A stretch of DNA of 64,000 bases from an uncultured delta proteobacterium (GTDB taxonomy: Bacteria > Desulfobacterota > Binatia > Binatales > Binataceae): NCBI GenBank assembly GCA_963833025.1, contig CAWHWI010000001.1, positions 1,948,170-2,012,169 of the forward strand, read 5' to 3'. A model generated the notes under the pieces. The model had not been told where the DNA came from. It saw nothing but the letters and a program-made list of their open reading frames with translations, and made no database searches. Below, piece after piece: positions 39,426-48,697 of this stretch (position 1 is the first letter of the stretch; each line of letters opens with the position of its first letter). The position numbers and the translations under genes were made by a program.

Positions 39426-41090
39426 ATGGCGCAGAAGGGGAAGCCGTTCTCGGTTAACACTGAACCAACAAAAGTTGCGGTAGTTACCAGCCTAACGCGC
39501 GATCTGACCGTCGACGCCTGCGTCTTCGATCTCATCGACAACTCGATCGACGCCGCACGAGATACGATTTTCAAGAATGAGCCACCAGCAGCACGTAAAC
39601 AGCTACCGGATTCATTTGAAGACTTCCGTATAAAGCTGACACTGAACGGGTCTGCATTCGAGATTTCCGATAACTGCGGCGGTATCCCGGTCAGCAATCT
39701 CAAGCGGCTAGTCCTGCGTTTTGGACAAATCTCCGCGCATGAAATGGGTATCGGCGCGTTCGGAGTCGGATTGAATAGGGCGCTCTTTAAGTTAGGGCGC
39801 GTAAGCCATCTCGAAACCGATACGGGTGGCCAGCGTTCGGAATTGACTCTGGACACGGATGAATACCTGAAATCGAAAGGTTGGGGTTTCACCGCCACGG
39901 AGTTTCCATCTACCGGCAAGATCGGGACGGATATAAAAGTCAGCAAATTGCGCACCGAAATCGCGAGCGCGCTTGCAGACACCGATTGGGAAAAAGAGAT
40001 TCGCAAACAAATCGGCCGCAGATACGCAAGATTCATCGCGAAAGGGTTGTCGATTGTGGTGAATCAGACTCCGGTGGAAAGCGAAGAGGTCAAGATTCGC
40101 ACGGACGGTCCTTACGAAGGCGGATACAAATTCTACAAAACCGAGAGCGGCGTCTCCATCCACATTCAGTATGGTCAGCACGCCGACCATCGTTTCACGA
40201 AGGAACCTGGTTACGATCTCGAACGTAACAAATCGTTGACTAGTCAGTTCGGCTGGACGGTCTTGTGCAATGATCGCGCGGTAATCATTTCCGACAAGAC
40301 CGCTAAAACGGGTTGGGATACCAAATTCCATAGCGAGTTCTACGGCTTTGTCGGCTTCGCCAGTTTTTTAGGTAATCCCGTCGCATTGCCGTGGAATACT
40401 ACGAAGGTCGATGTCGATTTGAACAACCCGGCGTATCAAACGGCGCTGATTGATATGCGGCACTTTGCAGAAAAGTGGCGCGCGCTCTCGGAGCGACGTA
40501 AGAAAGCGGCCACGCCGCCGTACCCGGTCCCAAAGAAGCCGGTCAAGCCGAAGGCCCAGAAAGTCAAAAAAGCTCCGGTCGCGAAACCCGTAACAAAAGT
40601 CGACCACAATCAGAGCAACACGGTTCTTCCAGACGACGTAGACGAGAAGCTCTGTTTTGACAAGCATCTGGCGTTAGTCCACGAAGGTAAAGACCTCGAC
40701 TTGCTGACTTCAACCTATTCGGGACTTGCAGTAATCAGGATGCTCTTCGAATCCACGGTGGTCGCCAATTTGATACGCCAGAATAAATACGCCGAGCTTG
40801 TAAAATTCGCTATCGATCACCGAAGGAAACATGGCGTGAAGTTATCAGCCGAAGATGAAAAGGACGTGATCCCGCAAATGGAGGAGATGTTGCTGTTCCT
40901 TCATAAGAATGCGCCCACATGGGCTGGAGGGAAAACGAACTATCTAAAGCACAGTTTGAGCCGAATGGCTTTCCACTCAAAGATGTTGAACAGTGCAATA
41001 CACAACCCATTTCAGCAAATTCATCGAAGCCAAGCCTTTCAAATCCGTGACGAAGTACTGCCTATCTTGCGGCATCTAATCGAAACGTGA
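39426..41090 (+). CDS. GHKL (MORC-like) ATPase with a C-terminal HEPN-like domain
   Basis: DLIDNSIDA, ISDNCGGI, IGAFGVGLNRA; S5-like CNDRAV..LPWNTTK; Lys/Pro linker; tail LAVIRMLFE...LNSAIHNP. Confidence 0.8.
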   Translation: MAQKGKPFSVNTEPTKVAVVTSLTRDLTVDACVFDLIDNSIDAARDTIFKNEPPAARKQLPDSFEDFRIKLTLNGSAFEISDNCGGIPVSNLKRLVLRFGQISAHEMGIGAFGVGLNRALFKLGRVSHLETDTGGQRSELTLDTDEYLKSKGWGFTATEFPSTGKIGTDIKVSKLRTEIASALADTDWEKEIRKQIGRRYARFIAKGLSIVVNQTPVESEEVKIRTDGPYEGGYKFYKTESGVSIHIQYGQHADHRFTKEPGYDLERNKSLTSQFGWTVLCNDRAVIISDKTAKTGWDTKFHSEFYGFVGFASFLGNPVALPWNTTKVDVDLNNPAYQTALIDMRHFAEKWRALSERRKKAATPPYPVPKKPVKPKAQKVKKAPVAKPVTKVDHNQSNTVLPDDVDEKLCFDKHLALVHEGKDLDLLTSTYSGLAVIRMLFESTVVANLIRQNKYAELVKFAIDHRRKHGVKLSAEDEKDVIPQMEEMLLFLHKNAPTWAGGKTNYLKHSLSRMAFHSKMLNSAIHNPFQQIHRSQAFQIRDEVLPILRHLIET

Positions 41091-41226
41091 GGTTACTATT
41101 TGGCCCATCGGCCTTCGCGGCTTTTCGGGCGTTCGCACGAAGCTGCGTCTTCGATAACTTCGCCGCGCGCGAAAAATGCGCGCTTCATCGGACCCTCACC
41201 TTCGCGACAACGGAGCGCGAGAAATT

Positions 41227-41275
41227 ACCGGGTGCAGAGCCTGTCCTGAGCGAAGCCGAAGGAAGTCACCCCTGC
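41227..41275 (+). repeat. Family A palindrome with nested insert
   Basis: GGGTGCAG-AGCCTGTCCTGAGCGAAGCCGAAGGA-AGTCACCCCTGC, nearly identical to 856-905. Confidence 0.85.
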
Positions 41276-41545
41276 CAACCGTTGTCATCCCGCTATGGCA
41301 CAATATTCACCATGACTGCCGCAACCGCTCCCGCCGACTCACGGCCGCACGCCACTGGCCTCCTCACCACTATCCACTCACCACTCGAATTTGCCTTCAC
41401 TCCCTCTGATCATCGGATTGTCTCGGGGCCTCCCCAACGCGTTCCTTCATCGCGAGCGTATACCAACGGAGAAATGGAGGAGAAACAACATGTCAACAAA
41501 ATCAGCAAATCGGCTGATTTTTCATTTTCAAACAGTGTTTGTTGG

Positions 41546-42487
41546 CTACTCGCCCTTGGATTCGAGCCAGCGTTCGGCGTCTATTGCTGCCATGCAGCCG
41601 GTGCCTGCTGCGGTTACTGCTTGGCGGTAGACGCTGTCTACTACGTCGCCGGCGGCGAAGACGCCGTCGACGTTGGTGTAGGTCGAGCCCGGTTTCACTT
41701 TCAGATAGCCGATTTCGTCCATCTCGAGCTGGCCCTTGAAGAGCGCGCTGCTGGGATTATGGCCGATCGCGACGAACACGGCGTCGGTCTTCTTGTCGGT
41801 GAGTTTGCCGGTCTTGAGATTTTTCAACTTGACGCCGCTCACGCCCTGTTTCTGCTCGCCGATGATTTCTTCGATCGTCGAATCCCAGATGAACGAGATC
41901 TTCGGATTCTTGCGCGCGCGATCCTGCATGATCTTCGATGCGCGCAGCGTGTCGCGGCGATGCACGACGCTCAGCCTGCTGACGAAGCGGGTCAGGAAGT
42001 TCGCTTCCTCCATCGCGGTGTCGCCGCCGCCGACCACGATCGCTTCCTTGTTTTTGAAGAATGCGCCGTCGCAGGTGGCGCACGCGCTGACGCCGTAGCC
42101 CATCAGGCGCTTTTCAGACTCAATTCCCAGGAGTTTGGCGGTTGCGCCGGTCGCGATGATCACGGCCTCGGCCTTGACTACCTTGCCGTCCGCGACCAGC
42201 TCGAAAGGCCGCTTGCCGAAGCGCACCTCGGTCACCGCGCCGCTCATGAAGCGCGTGCCGAAGCGAGTCACCTGGCGGCGGAACACGTCCATCATCTCGG
42301 GGCCCTGGATGCCGTGCTCGAAGCCGGGATAATTTTCGACGTCGGTGGTGATAGTGAGCTGGCCGCCGGGTTCGTATCCTTCGATGAGGAGCGGATTGAG
42401 ATTGGCGCGCGCCGTGTAGAGCGCCGCGGTCAGTCCGGCGGGGCCGGAGCCAAGAATTACTACCTTGTTGATATCGTCAGTCATCAT
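41546..42487 (-). CDS. trxB: Thioredoxin reductase
   Basis: GSGPAGLTAA, ENYPG, GVSACATCDG, GGGDTAMEEA, YRQAVTAAGTGC. Confidence 0.97.
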   Translation of the reverse strand: MMTDDINKVVILGSGPAGLTAALYTARANLNPLLIEGYEPGGQLTITTDVENYPGFEHGIQGPEMMDVFRRQVTRFGTRFMSGAVTEVRFGKRPFELVADGKVVKAEAVIIATGATAKLLGIESEKRLMGYGVSACATCDGAFFKNKEAIVVGGGDTAMEEANFLTRFVSRLSVVHRRDTLRASKIMQDRARKNPKISFIWDSTIEEIIGEQKQGVSGVKLKNLKTGKLTDKKTDAVFVAIGHNPSSALFKGQLEMDEIGYLKVKPGSTYTNVDGVFAAGDVVDSVYRQAVTAAGTGCMAAIDAERWLESKGE

Positions 42488-42680
42488 GAGCACTCGTCTT
42501 CAATCGTGGACATCCAGCGCCCTTTGCCGCGACCAATGAGCTTGGCATTTGTGTTTTTTACTTTTTTACTGTGACTAGCGGCGCACCTCTCCCGCATCGC
42601 TCCTTTCGGCGCGCTGCGACCTCCCCTCGGACAGGGGGAGGTTATTCAGGCAGGCAGAATGATGCTAGAGCATTTCCTCG

Positions 42681-43199
42681 ATGGCGGGCAAGAAACAATC
42701 CACAACGCGGCGCGCCGGCTCCGCGCGCCTGACGCATCTTGATGCTCGCGGGCGAATCCGGATGGTCGACGTCGGTGAGAAACCGATCACGCGGCGCGAG
42801 GCAATTGCGCGCGGGGAGATCCGGATGGCGCCGGCGACGCTGGAGGCGATAGTCGGCGGGAGACTAAAAAAAGGCGAGGCGCTGGCGGCGGCGCGTATCG
42901 CGGGAATCATGGCGGCGAAACGCACGCATGAGATGATTCCGCTCTGCCATCAGATACCGCTCGAAGTCGTCGAAGTCGATTTCACGTCCGATTCGGCGAG
43001 TTCCTCGATCCAGATAGAGGCTCGCGCGGTGACCGACGCGCGCACCGGGGTCGAGATGGAGGCGCTGGTCGCGGTGAGTGCGGCGGCGCTGACGATTTAC
43101 GACATGGCCAAGGCGATAGATCGCGCGATGGAAATCGGCGCGATTCGGCTGGTCGCGAAACGCGGCGGCCGCAGCGGGGATTTCGTGCGGCAGGGGTGA
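42681..43199 (+). CDS. moaC: Cyclic pyranopterin monophosphate synthase
   Basis: [26 protein letters not shown]. Confidence 0.96.
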   Translation: MAGKKQSTTRRAGSARLTHLDARGRIRMVDVGEKPITRREAIARGEIRMAPATLEAIVGGRLKKGEALAAARIAGIMAAKRTHEMIPLCHQIPLEVVEVDFTSDSASSSIQIEARAVTDARTGVEMEALVAVSAAALTIYDMAKAIDRAMEIGAIRLVAKRGGRSGDFVRQG

Positions 43200-43214
43200 C
43201 CCCTGCACCCAGTG
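43190..43214 (-). repeat. Family A palindrome overlapping the moaC stop codon
   Basis: GCAGGGGTGACCCCTGCACCCAGTG is the reverse complement of the family A consensus. Confidence 0.85.
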
Positions 43215-43355
43215 ACTTTTGGTTTCTGCAGTGGCGCCGCTCCGTTGTCGCTACACAGTGCTCAATCTCGACTCGGGCTGCCTCCTCTGTCTTGCAAAAG
43301 AGCGGGAGAGAAGACTAAGCGAGTTCCTCGTGCAGAACCTTGGCGGAGCGTTTGA

Positions 43356-44576
43356 GTGAATTCGCGGAAGGATCCATCGTCGGCACATTCTCGAGGCGCT
43401 GACAAAGCGCGGGTCCTCCTCAAGCGCGGCAGGGAAGGGCCGGTCCGCGGCGGCAATCCGTGGATTTTTTCGCAGGCAATCGATCGAATTGAACCTCAGT
43501 CGCCTGAAGCCGGGGCGCTTGTCACGGTGCATGACGCCTCGGGCGCGATGCTCGGGATGGGTTACTGCAACCTGGCGACGACGATCGCAATCCGGATGAT
43601 TGCGTGGGGAGAGGCTCCCGCAATCGAAGAACTGGTGGCGCGCCGGCTGAAGGGTGCGCTCGAAATCCGGCGGCGTTTCATCCACGACGATACGAATTCG
43701 TACCGACTCGTCAACGGCGACGGCGACGGGCTGTCGGGCCTGGTCGTCGATCGATTCGGCGACGTGCTGGTCGTGCAAATCCTGACGGCGGGCGCGGACC
43801 GGATGCGCGCAACGATCGTAGCCGCGCTGAACGACCTGCTTCATCCGCGCTCGATCATCGAGCGCAGCCATGGCACGGTGCGAAAGCAGGAAGGGCTCGA
43901 AGATCATGTAGCGGTGCTCAGCGGCGAACCTGTGACCGAAACGATCGCATCCGAGAATGGAATCAGGATCAAGATTGATTTCGAGCACGGGCAGAAGACC
44001 GGCTACTTCCTCGATCAACGCGACAACCGCGCGATGGCCGGCAGGATGGCGGCGGGCGCGCGGGTGCTCGACGCTTTCTGCTACCAGGGCGGATTCTCGC
44101 TGGCGGCGATTGCGGGCGGGGCGAGCAAGGTCGTCGCCGTCGATACGTCGGCGCGGGCGCTCGAAGTCGCGCGGCAAAATCTTGAGCTGAACGAGTATCC
44201 AGCGAGCGCCGTCGAGTTCGTTCATGGTGAGGCGGGCAAGTTGATGGCCGAAACGGCGGGCCGGTTCGATCTTATCGTCCTCGATCCGCCGCCGCTGGCG
44301 CGCAGCCGCGGTGACGCGGAGCGCGCGGGGCGTCTTTACGTCGAACTCAACACGGTCGCGATGCGGGCGCTGGCGCCGGGCGGGCGTCTGATGACGTTTT
44401 CATGCTCGACGCACGTCAGCGCCGACGATTTTGTCCGCGCCGTGCGATTCGCCGCGTCCAACGCGGGCCGCAATTTTCGTCTGCTTGCGCATCTCGGCCC
44501 CGGTCCGGACCATCCCGTGCTACTCGGCCACGGCGAGGGCGAATACCTGACGGGCGTACTGCTGGCGGATCTGTAG
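43356..44576 (+). CDS. rlmI: RlmI/RlmK-type SAM-dependent rRNA methyltransferase
   Basis: PUA domain GNPWIF, DGLSGLVVDRFG, GQKTGYFLDQR, VLDAFCYQGGFS, LDPPP, TFSCS. Confidence 0.88.
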   Translation: MNSRKDPSSAHSRGADKARVLLKRGREGPVRGGNPWIFSQAIDRIEPQSPEAGALVTVHDASGAMLGMGYCNLATTIAIRMIAWGEAPAIEELVARRLKGALEIRRRFIHDDTNSYRLVNGDGDGLSGLVVDRFGDVLVVQILTAGADRMRATIVAALNDLLHPRSIIERSHGTVRKQEGLEDHVAVLSGEPVTETIASENGIRIKIDFEHGQKTGYFLDQRDNRAMAGRMAAGARVLDAFCYQGGFSLAAIAGGASKVVAVDTSARALEVARQNLELNEYPASAVEFVHGEAGKLMAETAGRFDLIVLDPPPLARSRGDAERAGRLYVELNTVAMRALAPGGRLMTFSCSTHVSADDFVRAVRFAASNAGRNFRLLAHLGPGPDHPVLLGHGEGEYLTGVLLADL

Positions 44577-44676
44577 TTTTCGGTATTTCAAGCTGATTTT
44601 CCGGGCGCAAAATATGGCTTGCTAAGCTGGCGGGTTTGCTTGAGTATAGGGGAAATTTTTCGATGGGATTGGCCGA

Positions 44677-45813
44677 ATGGTGCGAAACCTCCGCGCATAC
44701 AGCTTAGTCAAGGCGCTCTTTGTTCTGATCGCGCTCGCGAGTGCTGGGTGTCATCGCGAAGTCGCGGTGCCGCCGTTGCCGCTGCGCAATATCACGCTCA
44801 CTGACAAGTTTTTCGATGTGTGGCCGACCAGCCCGACGCGTGCGTTTGTGGTCGGCGATCGCGGCAAGGTGCTGCTGACCGAAGACGGCGGCCGCAGCTG
44901 GAAGCGAATCGACATCGGCACCCAGCTCGGCGTGTTCGGAATCCAGATGGCCGACGATCAGAACGGCTACTTGTGCGGGCAGGACGGTCTGGTGATGCGC
45001 ACGCGCGACGGTGGCAAGACCTGGCAGCGGCTCAACTCGCGGACGCATCTGTTTATTTTCGGGCTGTCGTTTCCCGACGTGAATCACGGCTTCTTCGTTG
45101 GCGACCGCGCGCTGGTGCTGAGCACGACCAACGGCGGCGAAACTTTCACCAAGCGCCAGTTGCAGAAGATCTTTCCGGCGGAGCAGGCCGACTATGCGCT
45201 GCCGTACGAGGAGCCGGTTCTTTACAGCGCGAGTTTTCTTGACGTCGACCACGGCTGGGTGGTCGGCGAGCTGGGGCGAATCTGGGCGACCGAAAACGGC
45301 GGCAGGAACTGGCAGGAGCAGCAGCAATCGCTGGTGTCGCAGTGGAAGCGTCCGCTCGGACCCAACGACGATTCGCGCTTCGCGGATTTTTTGCTACCGA
45401 CTTTTTTCAGCGTCTCGTTCCGCGATCAAAAGCATGGCGCGGCGTGCGGACTTGAGGGATGGGTGATTCAGACCGACGACGGCGGCAAGACCTGGCGTTT
45501 CGCTCATCAGGCGGACAAGCCGGGCGCGGCGCCTGACGCGCTGGTGCCGGGAGCGCCGCAGATTCCGGCGCGCGATCCGCTGTTCTCAATCAGCCTGTAT
45601 GGCGGCGGCCAGGGAATCACCACCGGACTGACGGGCACCGTGCTGCGCCTGCAGCCCAACGGCGCATGGGCGCACGACCCGTCTGTGCCGGCGATACCGT
45701 TCCCGCTGAGCCAGGCGCGGTTTTTCGACGCACAGCACGGATGGATCGTCGGCTACGGCACCATCCTTTACACGGCGGATGGCGGCAAGACCTGGCGCTT
45801 CTGCCAGGGTTGA
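44677..45813 (+). CDS. YCF48/BNR-repeat beta-propeller lipoprotein
   Basis: Lipobox SAG-C; repeated T.DGG.TW Asp-boxes. Confidence 0.9.
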   Translation: MVRNLRAYSLVKALFVLIALASAGCHREVAVPPLPLRNITLTDKFFDVWPTSPTRAFVVGDRGKVLLTEDGGRSWKRIDIGTQLGVFGIQMADDQNGYLCGQDGLVMRTRDGGKTWQRLNSRTHLFIFGLSFPDVNHGFFVGDRALVLSTTNGGETFTKRQLQKIFPAEQADYALPYEEPVLYSASFLDVDHGWVVGELGRIWATENGGRNWQEQQQSLVSQWKRPLGPNDDSRFADFLLPTFFSVSFRDQKHGAACGLEGWVIQTDDGGKTWRFAHQADKPGAAPDALVPGAPQIPARDPLFSISLYGGGQGITTGLTGTVLRLQPNGAWAHDPSVPAIPFPLSQARFFDAQHGWIVGYGTILYTADGGKTWRFCQG

Positions 45814-45850
45814 GCGCGAACGCTCGAGCACGGGGACTTCGGAGAACGCA

Positions 45851-48241
45851 ATGACCTGGTATCGTTTTGGTGAATGGATTCTGCGCCGGCGCTTCATCGT
45901 GCTGGGTATCGTCGGCGCGCTGACGGCATTCTTCGGCTACTACGCGGCGCAAACCCAGCTGGTCACGAGCTTCGGCGACCTGCTCCCGCAGAACCATCCG
46001 TTCATCCAGATCGCGCACAAATACGACCAGTACTTCGGCAGCGTCAACAACGTGACGATCATGATCGAGGCGAAAGAAGGGACGATCTACACGCCCGAGA
46101 TCATCAAGAAGATCGTGCACATGACGAACAACCTGGATCTCGTCTACGGGATCCAGCACGGCTCGGTGCGCTCGCTCGCGACCGCCAGCTATTTTCGTCC
46201 GCTGGCCGGCGGCGTGATCCTGAATACGCCGGTGCTGCCTAACGGCGACATACCAAAGACCGCCGGCGAGCTTAACGAACTCAAGAGCAACGTCCACAAA
46301 AATCCGAGCGTGGTCTTCGGGCGCTTCGTCTCGCTCGACGACAAGGCCGCAGTTATAGAGGGCAGCTTCCTGGAATCGCGGCTCGACTACACGCGCATCT
46401 TCGACGAGATTCGGAAGATCGTGGTTAAGCCCGAGCGCGACGCGACGGTGCACATTTATTACGGCGGACAGCCGATCCTCTATGGATGGGTGTATCACTA
46501 CACGCCGGAATTTCTCTGGATTTTTGTCGCGACGGTGCTGGCCGTGTGGATCCTGCTCTATCTTTATTTCCACGACTGGCGCGGCGCGCTGCGGCCGACG
46601 ATCTCCGGCGTCATCTGCGCCATCTGGGGACTCGGCTTCATCCGGCTGCTCGGCTTCGGACTCGACCCGCTGGTGCTGGTCATCCCGTTTTTGATAACCG
46701 CGCGCGCGGTCAGCCATTCAGTGCAGATGCACGATCGGTACTACGAGGAGTTTTACCGCCTGCGCGACAAGGAAAAGGCCATCCTGTCGTCGTTTGCCGA
46801 ACTGTTCGTGCCGTCGCTGTCGGGAATTCTGACCGACGCGTTCGGCGTGCTGGTCATCCTGCTGGTGCCGGTTCTGTTTCTGCAGAAACTCGCGATCACG
46901 GCGAGCTTCTGGATCGCCGCGATTGTCGTGAGTGAGCTGATACTCAATCCGATCGTGTACTACTACCTGGACCCGCCGCGCATCGACGTGATCGAGCGCC
47001 GCGAGCATGGCTTCTTCAAACGAATGCTCATGTCGATCGCCAAACCGATGCTGGAAAGGCCGGGCCGCATCGCCACCTTCGTCGCCACCGCCGCGGTAAT
47101 TGCGCTGTGCGCGTTTTTCTGGACCGGTCTCAAGGTGGGAGACCCGTCGTCGGAATCGCCCATCCTGTGGCCCAACTCGGCGTATAACAAGTCGATGGCC
47201 GCGATCCAGGAGGAGTTCGGCGCGATCGAGCAGTTCGTCGTCGTCGCGGAACTCGCCAAGCGCGATTCGCTCAACGACCCCAAGCTGTACCACGTGATGG
47301 ACGAGTACGAGCGCTACATGGAGCGCGATCCAGCGGTCGGGCGCACATTTTCGGTCGCCGACCTGCTCTCGAACGGCGGCTCGGCGCTCAGAGAATTTCA
47401 GCCCAAGTGGAACGTGCTGCCGACCACCGCGCGTGGAACGGGACAGCTGCTCGGCGGATTGCTGGCGGGAGCGTCGCCGCTGTCGATCGCCTACATCATA
47501 ACGCCGCGCCGCGACGCGACCCAGATTACGGTGTACACCAAGGATCGCGAGGGTGAAAACGTGCAGCGAGTCGTGCTGCGCACGCAGCGATTCTTCGCCG
47601 AGCCCCAGCATGAGGTGCCGGGCGTGACCTTTTCTCTCGCCGCCGGGATAATCGGTGAGCTCGCCGCCGCCAACCAGGAGATCATCGACAATGATCTTTT
47701 GCTCAACGTGCTGGCGTTCGCGACTATCTACATCATAATACTCATTACCTACCGGTCGTTCATGGCGGGACTCTATTTGCTATTTCCGCTGGCGCTCGCC
47801 AATGCGGCGATCAATGCCTACATGGGCGCGCACGACATAGGTATTAACATTAACACTTTGCCAGTAGTCACTGTCGGCGTAGGATTCGGAATTGACTATT
47901 CCATTTACATAGTAAGCCGGATTATCGAGGAGCTGGCGGAGGGCTACGATCTCAAGGAAAGTACCTACACCGCTTTGATCACGTCGGGGAAAGCCGTCGC
48001 CTTCACGGCGCTGACGCTGGTCGCGTCGGTGCTGTTCTGGTACTGGTCGAGCATCCGCTTCGACGCCGAGATGGGACTGCTGCTGGCGGTCTGGATGTTC
48101 GTTTCGATGCTCGGTGCGATGACCATTCTGCCGGTCCTGATCGTGACTTTCGATCCCGCCTTTATCCGCAGTGAGAAGGAACGCGTGGTCGCATCGAAGC
48201 GCCTCGAGGTCGAGGGTCACACGGTGGCCGCATCTTCCTAA
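45851..48241 (+). CDS. MMPL/RND family transporter
   Basis: Two-repeat RND topology; ARAVSHSVQM..RYYEE; GVGFGIDYSIYI; TSGKAV. Confidence 0.92.
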   Translation: MTWYRFGEWILRRRFIVLGIVGALTAFFGYYAAQTQLVTSFGDLLPQNHPFIQIAHKYDQYFGSVNNVTIMIEAKEGTIYTPEIIKKIVHMTNNLDLVYGIQHGSVRSLATASYFRPLAGGVILNTPVLPNGDIPKTAGELNELKSNVHKNPSVVFGRFVSLDDKAAVIEGSFLESRLDYTRIFDEIRKIVVKPERDATVHIYYGGQPILYGWVYHYTPEFLWIFVATVLAVWILLYLYFHDWRGALRPTISGVICAIWGLGFIRLLGFGLDPLVLVIPFLITARAVSHSVQMHDRYYEEFYRLRDKEKAILSSFAELFVPSLSGILTDAFGVLVILLVPVLFLQKLAITASFWIAAIVVSELILNPIVYYYLDPPRIDVIERREHGFFKRMLMSIAKPMLERPGRIATFVATAAVIALCAFFWTGLKVGDPSSESPILWPNSAYNKSMAAIQEEFGAIEQFVVVAELAKRDSLNDPKLYHVMDEYERYMERDPAVGRTFSVADLLSNGGSALREFQPKWNVLPTTARGTGQLLGGLLAGASPLSIAYIITPRRDATQITVYTKDREGENVQRVVLRTQRFFAEPQHEVPGVTFSLAAGIIGELAAANQEIIDNDLLLNVLAFATIYIIILITYRSFMAGLYLLFPLALANAAINAYMGAHDIGININTLPVVTVGVGFGIDYSIYIVSRIIEELAEGYDLKESTYTALITSGKAVAFTALTLVASVLFWYWSSIRFDAEMGLLLAVWMFVSMLGAMTILPVLIVTFDPAFIRSEKERVVASKRLEVEGHTVAASS

Positions 48242-48279
48242 TCATCGATGCTCGTGGATAATCTGATCCGGTGCCCGCG

Positions 48280-48663
48280 ATGAAACTCGAGCGGCTGGAT
48301 CATTTCGGTATCGAAGTGGCGGACCTCGCCCGCGCGGAGCGCTTCTATACCGGTGTTCTCGGCCTTGAGGTGGTCAATCGCTTCGGCGATCAAATTTTGC
48401 TCGATTGCGGCGGTCAGAACCTCGCCCTGTTCCAGGTGCCACGGGCGCCGCTCGATGACGCCGCGCGCCAAGCGATCATCGGCCACCCGCTCGGCCGCGG
48501 GCATCATGCGTTCAAGGTGGCGGCGAGCGATTTTGCCGGCGCGCGCGAGCGGCTGGCGGCGGCAGGAGCAGAGAGCGCCGCGCCGATCGATTGGGACGAC
48601 CACGACTGCATCTACTTCCTCGATCCCGACGGCAATCTGCTCGAGATGGTGAGTTACCGCTGA
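48280..48663 (+). CDS. VOC/glyoxalase family protein
   Basis: LDHFGI.V.DL.RA..FY..VLG, HHAF, YFLDPDGNLLE. Confidence 0.9.
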   Translation: MKLERLDHFGIEVADLARAERFYTGVLGLEVVNRFGDQILLDCGGQNLALFQVPRAPLDDAARQAIIGHPLGRGHHAFKVAASDFAGARERLAAAGAESAAPIDWDDHDCIYFLDPDGNLLEMVSYR

Positions 48664-48697
48664 ATGCCGACCTGAAATTCCGCGCGTCCGCGGTTCA

